A DNA stretch of 64,000 bases from Syntrophobacteraceae bacterium (GCA_049520315.1 JBEKPW010000002.1:38909-102908); one strand, 5' to 3'. Counted from the stretch's first letter, positions 8,430 to 17,802 are shown. Made by a program: numbers and translations. The notes: generated from the letters alone by a model not told the origin.

Positions 8430-8466
8430 TTGGGACGGCTGGTTCGAATCCAGTGGTCCCGATCAA
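8430..8466 (+). repeat. Second, degenerate copy of a tRNA-Pro 3' end
   Basis: TTGGGACGGCTGGTTCGAATCCAGTGGTCCCGATCA. The T-arm and acceptor strand are nearly identical to the tRNA, with an internal deletion and 2 mismatches. Confidence 0.65.
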
Positions 8467-8493
8467 ACTTTTCCCGTCATTTCGCCGGCTTCA

Positions 8494-8967
8494 TCAGTCC
8501 CCGTCCAGGTTTTCAAGGTCCAGTATCCGTTTGATCCGGTCCTCCGGGGTAACGTCACTTCCTTCTTTCCATTCCATGATCTGGAGAACAACCCCCGCTG
8601 CATCCCTGGGCCGCAATACCAATTCGCTGCGATTGCTGAACTCGTCCCGCAGAGGAATTTTGAATCCTTTGCCTTCGACTTCCGTGATGAACTCTTCGAG
8701 GTTATCGACTTCCAGGCCCAGATGGTGCAGGCCTTCCCCATGCCTGGCAATGTGCTGATTTATAAACCCGTCCGCATCCATGGACTGGACCAGGGAGATG
8801 ACGTTTTCCCCGATCCGGATATAGGACACTTTGGCTGGGCCGGCTTTTTCCTTGAGGATGATCGTTCTAATCGGGATGGCGTTTAACAACATCACAAACT
8901 GTCGGGTTGCCTGATCAGCATCCTTTACCGCGATCGCCACATGATCGATTCTTTTGATCCTGGCCAT
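8494..8967 (-). CDS. mce: Methylmalonyl-CoA epimerase (VOC/glyoxalase fold)
   Basis: MARIKRIDHVAIAVKDADQA...GEGLHHLGLEVDNLEEF...; AAGGAGAGG RBS before ATG 8967. Confidence 0.8.
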   Translation of the reverse strand: MARIKRIDHVAIAVKDADQATRQFVMLLNAIPIRTIILKEKAGPAKVSYIRIGENVISLVQSMDADGFINQHIARHGEGLHHLGLEVDNLEEFITEVEGKGFKIPLRDEFSNRSELVLRPRDAAGVVLQIMEWKEGSDVTPEDRIKRILDLENLDGD

Positions 8968-9229
8968 TGCCCTCTCCTTGGTCTCATATCCTGCATGTGC
9001 CGCCATAAATGATGCGGATCTCTATGTATAGCGACATAATAGTTGCGAAATAAAGATTCCCGGCATTCCGGCGCCAGACTGACGAAAGTCTGAATCCAGA
9101 GGTGTTTGATCGGCTTCACAGGTCGAAAAAACACTGGATCCCGGTTTCCACCGGTGTGACGGGCAGTGAAGATTTGCGCAAGCATTATTGACGCCGCGAA
9201 TAATTGTTATTGCGCGGGTCATTCTCGTT

Positions 9230-11452
9230 TCAGAAGTTGAGCGTCATCAGCAATCCCATGCGCTGGTCATTTTCAAACGGGATAATCTCGTTTTCGTCTC
9301 GCTTGTGCAGATCGCCGCCGGCCTGTTCTTCGACCATGCGCACAGATCTATCAATGTGGTGCAAAAACTCCCGGGCGGGAATCATCTCTCCGTAGGTCCG
9401 CGTAAAGGAGTAGATGCAGATGTTGTGTTTGTCCATTTCCTCAGCGATTTCCGCGGCCCCTTTGAGCAGCTTGAGCGTGCGTCTGGCGATTTTCACGGTT
9501 CGCACAGGGAAAATGTCCCACCAGGATACGGCCGTGCAGAAGAAAGTGGTCGGCCGGTAGGCTTGTAGAGCAATCGAGTCGTCATAACCGACGATCTGGA
9601 GATTGAAGACCTTGTCCAAAAGCACGTGAGGCTGTTGCATAGCGAGGTCTTCTCGCCTGAAGCCGATCTGCCACCGGTATTCATCGGCCGTATCCAGCAC
9701 GGTCTTGGCAGGGCCGTCGATGGGGCGAACGGGATCGTTAAAAATGGCGGCGTCGTTTTTTAGGACCGCGGCCAGCACCTTGACAGTAGTGATCAGGTAG
9801 GTGGACCGGATGCCTGTGGGCGACACCATAATGCCGGATTCGAACAGCCGGTCGGCATGTTCCAGGCAATCAAAGACCTTTTGATGCAACGGCGCAGCAG
9901 CAGCATCGATTGCCCCTCGCGATCGAAGGTGGCGCAGGGTGGCCATAGCCTGGGCCAGGTAGACCACGGCATGTTCGCAATAGAAATCTTCGGAGTGGAA
10001 AGCGCAATTTTGCCGTATGAATTCTGCTTCCAGGTGAGATTGGGCGAACATGCCTTCTGCGATCGAATAAGAAGGCGCGTCGATGGCCAGGTTGCGCAGC
10101 AGCACCATGCGCAGGGTGCGAGCGCTTAAATGGACCGGATCCAGGCTCAGTACGGTTCTGAGGATTTCAATGGCATCCCAGAACCTCCGCCGGTAGTAGA
10201 GCGTCTTGGCGATCTCCAGACCGAGCAGCGAGTTATGCGGGAACCGGAAAAAGGAGGTGATGGCATCGCGCTGATCTTCGGGCTCGTCGCCCGAATCGTC
10301 GGCGATTGAAGACCATAGCTTTGCAACGAGGCGCTGGGCGGATAAGGCATCGTTTTGCAAAAACGGGTCGTCAAGCAGATCCGGAATGAAATCAAAATAA
10401 AGCATGCTCCACACGCTGACGACCCACCAGATCGTCAATGTCTCGCCGTTGAAGAGCGTAATCTCTGAGGGCCGGCCGCTCAGCAATGCGCGAATATCGT
10501 TGATGAGGATGCATTGGCGGGCGTAATCGGTAAGGCGGATGACCGGATCGCCGGGCAATTTGGCATTCAACAGGGGGAGCAGGTAGTTATCCAAGTTAGC
10601 GAAACCGCCCGCCGCCAGCCCGATGGACATAAACCGATTCTGGGTGCAGTACGGGGACAATGCCCATCTGACGGCCATCTGGTGGGCCAAAGAAAGCGCG
10701 CTTCTCAGGCAATGCCGGTATGCGGCCGGATTGCCGAGTTTGCTCTCCTTCGGAAAATCGACGTACAAGGTAGTGATATCATGGAAACGGACCTTGCCCC
10801 ATCGGCCGTACAGGAATCTGCCGAGAGATTGGTCGATGTAGCTCTTAAGCTCTCTTTTAAGCCAGCCGACGGTCTCATGATCGATAACATCACCGCGGCT
10901 GTACAACGCGAACCCGATACGAACCCCCTCTTTATGATCGACAGCGGATTTGCCCCCACGGCAAAGTTTGACCAGCGTTTCAAAGTTCCACATGGGTCCC
11001 AGTTGGGGACGGTCGTGTCCCAGCCAGAAGGCCAGACTTCTCAGCACATTTTGTTTATGAACCGTGTCAGCAGTTTCCTTTTTGAGACGCGTCAGCATGG
11101 AGCTGGTCGCCTTGGGCAAAGCGATGCGGCACTCTTTGATCAGGCTGTTGATACGCTTTACCAGGGCGCGGGCCGACAAGGTCAGTTCGAGCAATACCTC
11201 CTTTTGGTCAAAGAAGTTGTCGAAACTCAAATGATTGGGCGGCGTGCAGATCTCTTCGCTCCTGGCGTTAGCCGCAATGAACGCATCGAGCGACGCCTCC
11301 CGCGCATCGGGAATGATGTCGTTGTCGTATGCAAAAGAGACAAACGATTGCAACGAGGCCTGGTTATCGATGCGTGCTGCAAAACGGGTAAAGCTATCCG
11401 ACGTTGGAAAAACCGCCATCAACGCTGATACCGCCCGATCTTTTCTATTCAT
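9230..11452 (-). CDS. Large hypothetical cytoplasmic protein (740 aa), function unknown
   Basis: Long uninterrupted ORF whose antisense ORFs are clearly shadows. No signal peptide or TM segment. The C-terminal half looks helical-repeat/TPR-like (EIAKTLYYRRRFWDAIEILRTVLSLDP). Confidence 0.75.
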   Translation of the reverse strand: MNRKDRAVSALMAVFPTSDSFTRFAARIDNQASLQSFVSFAYDNDIIPDAREASLDAFIAANARSEEICTPPNHLSFDNFFDQKEVLLELTLSARALVKRINSLIKECRIALPKATSSMLTRLKKETADTVHKQNVLRSLAFWLGHDRPQLGPMWNFETLVKLCRGGKSAVDHKEGVRIGFALYSRGDVIDHETVGWLKRELKSYIDQSLGRFLYGRWGKVRFHDITTLYVDFPKESKLGNPAAYRHCLRSALSLAHQMAVRWALSPYCTQNRFMSIGLAAGGFANLDNYLLPLLNAKLPGDPVIRLTDYARQCILINDIRALLSGRPSEITLFNGETLTIWWVVSVWSMLYFDFIPDLLDDPFLQNDALSAQRLVAKLWSSIADDSGDEPEDQRDAITSFFRFPHNSLLGLEIAKTLYYRRRFWDAIEILRTVLSLDPVHLSARTLRMVLLRNLAIDAPSYSIAEGMFAQSHLEAEFIRQNCAFHSEDFYCEHAVVYLAQAMATLRHLRSRGAIDAAAAPLHQKVFDCLEHADRLFESGIMVSPTGIRSTYLITTVKVLAAVLKNDAAIFNDPVRPIDGPAKTVLDTADEYRWQIGFRREDLAMQQPHVLLDKVFNLQIVGYDDSIALQAYRPTTFFCTAVSWWDIFPVRTVKIARRTLKLLKGAAEIAEEMDKHNICIYSFTRTYGEMIPAREFLHHIDRSVRMVEEQAGGDLHKRDENEIIPFENDQRMGLLMTLNF

Positions 11453-11704
11453 CGGCCCACCAAAGCTGCACTGAGCCCATCATGTGAAAATAGCGGCTGA
11501 TCCGTCAAGCTGGCCGCGGTTCATCAACCAGCTTTTTTTATACATCGATGGCGAAAACAATACAATGTTTTACGCTAAAACGATAATTTTCTTGAAACGT
11601 TACAGAGGTGTTGAGTATTTTCTCCGAGTAAAGTAAAAATACACTTTCAAGGCAGCACGGTACGGCGGGGAATTTCCGATTCCATTCACAATCTCATTAT
11701 CTCA

Positions 11705-11739
11705 CATCTCGATCTACATCTCGATCTCCATCTCGATCT
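11705..11739 (+). promoter_or_regulatory. Three exact 11-mers CATCTCGATCT at 12-bp phase (candidate operator or activator site)
   Basis: Copies start at 11705, 11717 and 11729, with degenerate ATCTCA units just upstream (11691-11704). They end 62 nt upstream of the SCP2 ATG. Confidence 0.5.
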
Positions 11740-11801
11740 CCGCCGGGCTGTTGTCTATTGACGGCCCAGATCTACATTCACAACAGTATGGAGGCAGTAT
11801 C

Positions 11802-12221
11802 ATGGCGAAATACGGAACACAGGAGTGGTTTGATCTTTACAAAGAAGAGCTGAACAACAGCAAGGCTTACGAGGAAGCCGCCAAGACATGGGAAGGGGAT
11901 TTCTACTTCATCATGGAAAAGGGCGGAGCGCTGAAAGAGACCTTGTATGCCTACGTGGATCTGTATCATGGAAAATGCCGCAAGGCGGAGCTGGTGCCCG
12001 ACCTTAAACAATACAAGCCTGAATTCATCATTTCCGCTCCCTATGCGGTCTGGAAAAGAATCTCCACCAAACAGCTCGATTCCACCCAGGCCCTGATCAC
12101 CAAACAGTCCAAACTCATGACGGGCAGTAAGGGCACCATAGCAAAGATCATGCGCTATACCAAGGCGGCCAACGAGTTAACCAACTGCACATGCCGCGTC
12201 CCCACCGAATGGCTGGATTGA
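11802..12221 (+). CDS. SCP2 (sterol-carrier-like) domain protein
   Basis: GGAGG RBS. MAKYGTQEWFDLYKEELNNSKAYEEAAKTWEGDFYFI... resembles SCP2-type lipid/acyl-binding proteins. Confidence 0.6.
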   Translation: MAKYGTQEWFDLYKEELNNSKAYEEAAKTWEGDFYFIMEKGGALKETLYAYVDLYHGKCRKAELVPDLKQYKPEFIISAPYAVWKRISTKQLDSTQALITKQSKLMTGSKGTIAKIMRYTKAANELTNCTCRVPTEWLD

Positions 12222-12291
12222 CCGTCGCCGATTTTGCTTCTGATAGTTTCATGACCGAAGCGATTTGCGATTCAACGGAAAGGAAATCGCC

Positions 12292-13464
12292 ATGTGGACC
12301 TTTTCATGCCCCACTATAGTTTATGGCGACAATGCCCTGGAGTATCTTCTGCAAATCAGAGGCAGGAAGGCGTTCATTGTAACAGACCGGAACATAGTGC
12401 GCCTTGGGCTGGCCAAACTGGTGACTGACCAATTGGACGCAGCCGGAATCGGCTGGCGCATTTTTGACGAAGTCGAAGCGGAGCCTTCTCTGCAAACGAT
12501 CAAAAAAGGCGGTATCGCCGTGGGCGAATACCAACCCGACTGGGTCATCGGCCTGGGCGGCGGGTCCTGCACGGATGCCGCCAAAGCAGTCATCATCCTG
12601 CTGGTGCGCCCGGACCTGGAACCCGATGCGATCATTGCATCGGACACCTACAATTTCAGAGACAAGGCCAGGCTGCTGGCCATTCCCACCACCAGTGGCA
12701 CGGGTTCGGAAGCCACCTGGGCTATCGTGTTAACTGACAGTGAAACCAAGCGAAAACTGGGCTTGGGCACCACCGAATGCACGCCGGATGTGGCCATCCT
12801 CGATCCGGTCATGGTCTTAGGCATGCCGCCGCAAATCACGGCGGACAGTGGTATGGACGTTATATGCCAAGCCATCGAAGGCTATGTCTCCACCTGGGGC
12901 AGCAGCATCACCGAGGGCCCAGGCCTAGTTGCGGCGCGGCAGGCCTTTGAATACCTGCCCATCGCCTACAAGGCCGGAGACGACCTCGAGGCGCGCAAGC
13001 AAATGCAGAATGCCGCCATTCTGGCAGGGATGTGCTTCGGCAATGCCATGGCCGGCCTCGGCCACAGCACCGGGCACGCTCTGGGCGCCGTCTTTCATAT
13101 TCCCCACGGCCGCACCGTGGGTCTATTTTTGCCCTATACGATGGAGTACCTGATAAACGCGGCCGACCAGACCCGGGCCAAGTACGCCGAAATTGCCCGT
13201 TTTTGCGGCTTATCTTCGGGTTCGGAGGAAGCTTGCGCCCTTGCGCTGGTTGAAAAGGTGCGCGCCGTGGCCATGGAGATTGGCCAACCTGCGACCATCC
13301 AGGCCTGCGGAATAGAGCCTGCGGCCTTCAACGCGGCCATACCCGATCTGATTGACCGGGCACTCAACGAAGTGACGACCATGACGGTCAGTCGCGTTCC
13401 CGGAGAAGAGGACCTGGACAAAATTTTCCGTTATGCATATGAGGGCAGGCGGATCGACTTTTGA
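12292..13464 (+). CDS. Iron-containing (group III) alcohol dehydrogenase
   Basis: GLGGGSCTDAAKA, IPTTSGTGSE and a His-rich metal site (GLGHSTGHALGAVFHIPHG). Confidence 0.9.
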   Translation: MWTFSCPTIVYGDNALEYLLQIRGRKAFIVTDRNIVRLGLAKLVTDQLDAAGIGWRIFDEVEAEPSLQTIKKGGIAVGEYQPDWVIGLGGGSCTDAAKAVIILLVRPDLEPDAIIASDTYNFRDKARLLAIPTTSGTGSEATWAIVLTDSETKRKLGLGTTECTPDVAILDPVMVLGMPPQITADSGMDVICQAIEGYVSTWGSSITEGPGLVAARQAFEYLPIAYKAGDDLEARKQMQNAAILAGMCFGNAMAGLGHSTGHALGAVFHIPHGRTVGLFLPYTMEYLINAADQTRAKYAEIARFCGLSSGSEEACALALVEKVRAVAMEIGQPATIQACGIEPAAFNAAIPDLIDRALNEVTTMTVSRVPGEEDLDKIFRYAYEGRRIDF

Positions 13465-13505
13465 GAAATCAGGACGTTGATGCGCAACAAACAGAGCGGA
13501 CGCCT

Positions 13506-15347
13506 ATGAACGGATACTGGGGCAAACTGCTGGTGGCAGATTTAACCAACGGCCGGCTTATCGATGAGCCCTTGAATGAAAAGCATGCGCGCAATTTTAT
13601 CGGCAGCACCGGTTTGGCAGCACGCTATCTTTTCGATCTGGTAGATGAAAAAACCGATCCGTTCGGACCCGACAATGCACTTATCCTCATGCCCGGCTTG
13701 CTCAACGGCACTACCTGCCCAAGCGCCAGCCGCTGGGGCGCGGCCACCAAATCGCCCCACACCGGGTACTATGGGGACGCCAACATGGGCGCCATCTTCG
13801 GAGCGGAGTTCAAAAAGGCCGGCTACGATGGGCTCATCCTGAAAGGCCGGTGCCGTAAACCTGTTTATATCTACATTCAAGACGGCAAGGCCGAGCTCAG
13901 GGATGCTGCCGCCTTATGGGGACTGGACACCTACCAAACACAGGCGGCCATCAAGAAAGCCTGTGGCGAGCGCACCCAAGTTGCGTGCATCGGCCCGGCG
14001 TCGGAGAATCTCGTGGCTTACGGCAATATTTTGTCCGAATGGGGCCACTGTCTGGGCCGGGCTGGAATGGGATGCGTGATGGGGAGCAAGCAGATAAAAG
14101 CCGTAGCGGTTCGCGGCAAGCTCAGTTTGCCCATCCACGACCCGGATGGTTTCAAAAAGAGTTCGGCCAGCGCCATGAAACAGGTCAAGGAGCATTTCCT
14201 GTCTCAGATCATGCATGAAACCGGCACCTCCGGCTGGGTTGATTCCGCGATTGCTTACGGTGACGGTCCCACCCAATACTACACGGCCCCCACCATGGAG
14301 GAAGCCACCCAAATAAGCGGCGTTACCATGACCGAGACATGCCAGACGGGCCACACGGCCTGTTTCGGGTGCCCCATCCGCTGCCGCAAGGTGCTTCGAA
14401 TCGAAGAGGGAAAATTCCCCAAAGAAAAGATTGAGGCCCCTGAATACGAGACCCTTATGGCCTGGGGTCCAATGCTGGGCATTGCAGATCTGGGGGCGCT
14501 GGTTCACATGAATGAACTGATCAACGGCTACGGCTTCGACACCATCAGCAGCGGCGCCAGCGCCGGCTACGCTTTCTACCTCTACGAGCAGGGCGTGATC
14601 TCGGAAAAAGAGACCGGCGGGCTTGCGCTGACTTGGGGCAACATCGAGGCGGCTATCGCGTTGATCCATCTTATCGGCCATAACCAGGGATTCGGCGCCG
14701 TCCTGGCCGGCGGCACCCGCCGCATGGCGGAGCGCTTTGGCCGGCCGGCCGGAGAGGCGGTCCAAGTCAAAGGGCTCGAATATCCCATGCACGACCCGCG
14801 AGCCTATCACTCGATGGCGTTAGTTTACGCGACCGCCCCGCGCGGGGCGGACCACAACAAGAGCGACGCCTACCAGGTGGATGGAGGTGCCGGACACCCC
14901 GATCTCGGGCTCGACGCGGACGACCGCTGGGGCGACGAAAAAGCACAAATGGTTGTGACCAGTCAAAATTGGCGGGCGTTGAGCGATGCTTTGGGTATAT
15001 GTCACTTTGCGATCATGCCGTTTGACCTGTTGATCGCCATGGTTTGTGCATTGACAGGATGGGATACGACCATGGCGGAATTACTGAAGACCGGGGAGCG
15101 CATCTTTCAGCTCCAGCGCGCCCTGTCCTGCAAACTGGGCATAAGCGCCAGGGACGATGAGCTGCCGGAGTTAGCCCAGCGGCCTATTGCCGGCGGTGGC
15201 CAGGAAGGTCATGTCCCCAATCTGCATAAGATGCTGCCCGAGTATTACGCATTGCGGGAATGGGACAATGTTACCGGCAGACCGACCAGGCAATGTCTGG
15301 AGCGGCTTGGACTTTTGGAAATAGCTGACTCCATCGGTGTGAGGTGA
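13506..15347 (+). CDS. aor: Aldehyde:ferredoxin oxidoreductase family (tungstopterin) enzyme
   Basis: MNGYWGKLLVADLTNG N-terminus, [4Fe-4S] motif CFGCPIRC, ~613 aa. Confidence 0.9.
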   Translation: MNGYWGKLLVADLTNGRLIDEPLNEKHARNFIGSTGLAARYLFDLVDEKTDPFGPDNALILMPGLLNGTTCPSASRWGAATKSPHTGYYGDANMGAIFGAEFKKAGYDGLILKGRCRKPVYIYIQDGKAELRDAAALWGLDTYQTQAAIKKACGERTQVACIGPASENLVAYGNILSEWGHCLGRAGMGCVMGSKQIKAVAVRGKLSLPIHDPDGFKKSSASAMKQVKEHFLSQIMHETGTSGWVDSAIAYGDGPTQYYTAPTMEEATQISGVTMTETCQTGHTACFGCPIRCRKVLRIEEGKFPKEKIEAPEYETLMAWGPMLGIADLGALVHMNELINGYGFDTISSGASAGYAFYLYEQGVISEKETGGLALTWGNIEAAIALIHLIGHNQGFGAVLAGGTRRMAERFGRPAGEAVQVKGLEYPMHDPRAYHSMALVYATAPRGADHNKSDAYQVDGGAGHPDLGLDADDRWGDEKAQMVVTSQNWRALSDALGICHFAIMPFDLLIAMVCALTGWDTTMAELLKTGERIFQLQRALSCKLGISARDDELPELAQRPIAGGGQEGHVPNLHKMLPEYYALREWDNVTGRPTRQCLERLGLLEIADSIGVR

Positions 15348-15394
15348 AAGGGAAGTTATTGCTTTGGACAAAAACAGAAGGGAGAATTTGGCTT

Positions 15395-16651
15395 ATGAAA
15401 AAGAAGCGTAACACTGCATTGGTTTGGCTTGTCTCAGTGTCCCTTTTTTGCTTGATCCTCGCGGGGGTCGGTCTCGTATCCGTTCAAGTCCAGGCAAAGG
15501 AGCAAACCTTAATCAAAATAGGCATAATGGGACCGCAGAGCGGACCGGCGGGGCCATGGGGAACGATCGGCAGGGACCCCTACTATGCCTTTGTTGAGCT
15601 GTTCAACAAGGAAGGTTTCGATGTAGGTGGTAAAAACTACGGCTTTCAGATTGTCGAAGCGGATGACTTGAACACCCCCGAAGGGGGCGCTGCAGCCGCC
15701 AAGAAGCTCATTTTCGAAGACAAGGTCAAATTCATCGTAGGACATTGGAGCTGGAACTTCGCTACTGTAGCCGCAGTGACAACCCCGGCGAAAGTGATCC
15801 TGATAACCCGCACCGGAAGCGATATCCAGCCGGTGAGTCTGGGGGGCTCTTATGATGCCAAACGCATGCCCTATGTAGTCTTCGGCAATCCCTCCCATGA
15901 GCAGTTTGTCACCGACTGCTTCGCGCTGGTCAAGGCTTTCCCGGGTTACCACAGTATCGGCTTAAACGATTCCGAAATGGGCAAAGGCCCGGGCTGGGAT
16001 AAGGTGGACGCAGTGCTCACCAAAGCCGGCATCAGGTTCCATCATGAGTGGTATCCATACGGCGCACAGGACTTTACGCCCTACATCACCCGATTTGCCG
16101 AAGCCGGGTGTGACATCATTTACGGAGGAGGGGACATTACAGCCGCCATGCTCATTGACAAACAACGCTATGAGATGGGGCATAAAGATTGGCATGTAGG
16201 CACGGCCGGCACTATTATCGATCCGCAGATGTATATCAATGTAATAGGAAAAGATGCCAGCGAGGGATTTATCGGGCAATATTGGGGTGTCTGGGACTAT
16301 AAGGTGACCAAAATCGATCCCAAATGGATCGCCATGTGCAAGCAGGCGATGCAGATGGCATCGGAAAAACAAGGGAAGCCGTATACCTATACCGGCTGGA
16401 TCGGCTGGATGCCAAACCACATAGGTATTCTGTCCCAGGCCATGCAAAAAGCCGGTACGGTGGATGATCCCGACGCCATCATGAAGGCGATTCGAGGCGG
16501 CACCTTCTCCACTACGAACGGCACTTTTACAATGTCCGGTGCGAAAACTTACGGCTCGCCGGTCCTGTTCGGCTCGCCGGGCGTTCTTTGCGAGATCAAG
16601 GGAGGCAAAGAGGTTTACCTGTTCGAAACTCCCATGGATCCCATTCCATAG
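15395..16651 (+). CDS. ABC transporter substrate-binding protein (LivK/type I PBP family)
   Basis: Signal anchor MKKKRNTALVWLVSVSLFCLILAG, then IKIGIMGPQSGPAGPWG, typical of Leu/Ile/Val-binding-like proteins. Confidence 0.85.
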   Translation: MKKKRNTALVWLVSVSLFCLILAGVGLVSVQVQAKEQTLIKIGIMGPQSGPAGPWGTIGRDPYYAFVELFNKEGFDVGGKNYGFQIVEADDLNTPEGGAAAAKKLIFEDKVKFIVGHWSWNFATVAAVTTPAKVILITRTGSDIQPVSLGGSYDAKRMPYVVFGNPSHEQFVTDCFALVKAFPGYHSIGLNDSEMGKGPGWDKVDAVLTKAGIRFHHEWYPYGAQDFTPYITRFAEAGCDIIYGGGDITAAMLIDKQRYEMGHKDWHVGTAGTIIDPQMYINVIGKDASEGFIGQYWGVWDYKVTKIDPKWIAMCKQAMQMASEKQGKPYTYTGWIGWMPNHIGILSQAMQKAGTVDDPDAIMKAIRGGTFSTTNGTFTMSGAKTYGSPVLFGSPGVLCEIKGGKEVYLFETPMDPIP

Positions 16652-16658
16652 CTCGTTT

Positions 16659-16812
16659 CCATCCGGAAACTCCGGATGAACGTAGGAGAATTTCACCTTA
16701 TAGAGACTCTGGTAGTTTCCGATTCGGAAAGGAGGCATTTTTGGTCCTGGCAAGAAAATCGAGGGGTTGCGCGGAGGCGTACACCTGTGTGCCGCACGGA
16801 GCGTCGAGATTG
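16659..16812 (-). repeat. Dispersed two-hairpin element R1, copy A (intercistronic)
   Basis: Reverse complement aligns with 41794-41968. Shared blocks are AAAAATGCCTCCTTTCCGAATCGGAAACT, CTCTATAAGGTGAAATTCTCCTACGTTCATCCGGAGTTTCCGGATG and ACGCCTCCGCGCAACCCCTC. Confidence 0.8.
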
Positions 16813-16938
16813 ATTGCAATGTCAGGGCGGAAAAGGCCCCTTGCCGGACGGAATCCAACTCTAAGCCGGAACTGCTGTTATTACGGAGTGGCAAAGGCGC
16901 TAACGTGCTAAAGGCAACTGAAAAAAGGGAACGTTAAA

Positions 16939-17802
16939 ATGCATATAGGAATTTGGGTCGACGGATTGGTTCAAAGCTGTATCTACACGACCATGGCATT
17001 CGGCATGGTTCTGGTCTTCAGCATATTAGGCATATTGAACTGGGCCCACGGTCAATTCTATATGCTCGGCGCTTTAGTGCTCTACTCCGCCGTCATGCAG
17101 GCCGGGCTTCCATTCGGGGCCGGTCTGGTTATAGCGGCCCTGGCAATGGGTCTGCTGGGAATGCTGGTGGAGAGATTGATCATCGATCGCGTGAACGTTC
17201 CCCGTGCCATAGGGGCTTTGTATGTTACCGCCGCTACCATCTCGCTGCAATTTTTCTTCGTAGGTGGGGCCAGCATGATATGGGGCAGGCTGGAGAAGGG
17301 ATTGGGCATGGTGATGCCGGGCGTACTTACGTTGGGTGGCGTTAACATCAGCTACCAGAAGATCGCCGTGATTGTCTTTACCCTGATTGTCATGGCGATA
17401 ATGTATTTCGTGCTCGAGCACACCAAGATCGGCCTGGCCATCCGCGCGGCCGCCCAGAGACCTGATGCGGCCATGTTATACGGCATCCACGTGGGGCGTA
17501 TCAAAACCCTGGTGATGGGCATCGGCTGTGCGATGGCGGCCCTGGCCGGCTGTTTCATGGCGCCGATTTACCCGGTCAGTCCATTCATGGGGGGAATCCC
17601 CATGATAATGTCGCTGCTGGCCATCGTAATCGGCGGTATCGGCAGCCTGACAGGGGCCATCGTTGGAGGCGTCATCCTGGGATTGCTCAACAGCGTCATC
17701 GCCTACTACATGTCCTACTTCTCAGAAGTGATTCTCTTTGCGCTGGTAATTATCATTCTGCTGATTCGCCCCCAGGGTTTGTTCGGAGTAGCTGTGAAAT
17801 GA
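16939..17802 (+). CDS. livH: Branched-chain-type ABC transporter permease
   Basis: 287-aa polytopic protein of the LivH family. Confidence 0.85.
   Translation: MHIGIWVDGLVQSCIYTTMAFGMVLVFSILGILNWAHGQFYMLGALVLYSAVMQAGLPFGAGLVIAALAMGLLGMLVERLIIDRVNVPRAIGALYVTAATISLQFFFVGGASMIWGRLEKGLGMVMPGVLTLGGVNISYQKIAVIVFTLIVMAIMYFVLEHTKIGLAIRAAAQRPDAAMLYGIHVGRIKTLVMGIGCAMAALAGCFMAPIYPVSPFMGGIPMIMSLLAIVIGGIGSLTGAIVGGVILGLLNSVIAYYMSYFSEVILFALVIIILLIRPQGLFGVAVK

Larger units (their letters stand above)
6177..8466. mobile_element. Putative decayed integrated islet 2 (no integrase)
   Basis: Bounded by repeat 6129-6176 and a second, more diverged tRNA 3'-end copy at about 8430-8466. Cargo is GT2, DUF433, a DUF5615 remnant and an AT-rich orphan. 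Confidence 0.45.

Noticed and set aside
4386-8466. Integrase or excisionase gene expected next to a tRNA-borne island.
   Set aside because: None of the six-frame ORFs or shorter open stretches I translated shows tyrosine-recombinase (R..H-x-x-R..Y) or serine-recombinase motifs. The islets are therefore described as decayed.
15962-16894. Long antisense ORFs opposite real genes, for example 15962..16894, 13914..14810, 10514..11428, 1553..2245, 20843..21682, 54213..55085, 55228..55938, 28765..29481 and 38754..39293.
   Set aside because: Each lies opposite an ORF with clear family motifs. Their translations are Arg/Gly/Pro-rich shadow-frame products without motifs or RBS.
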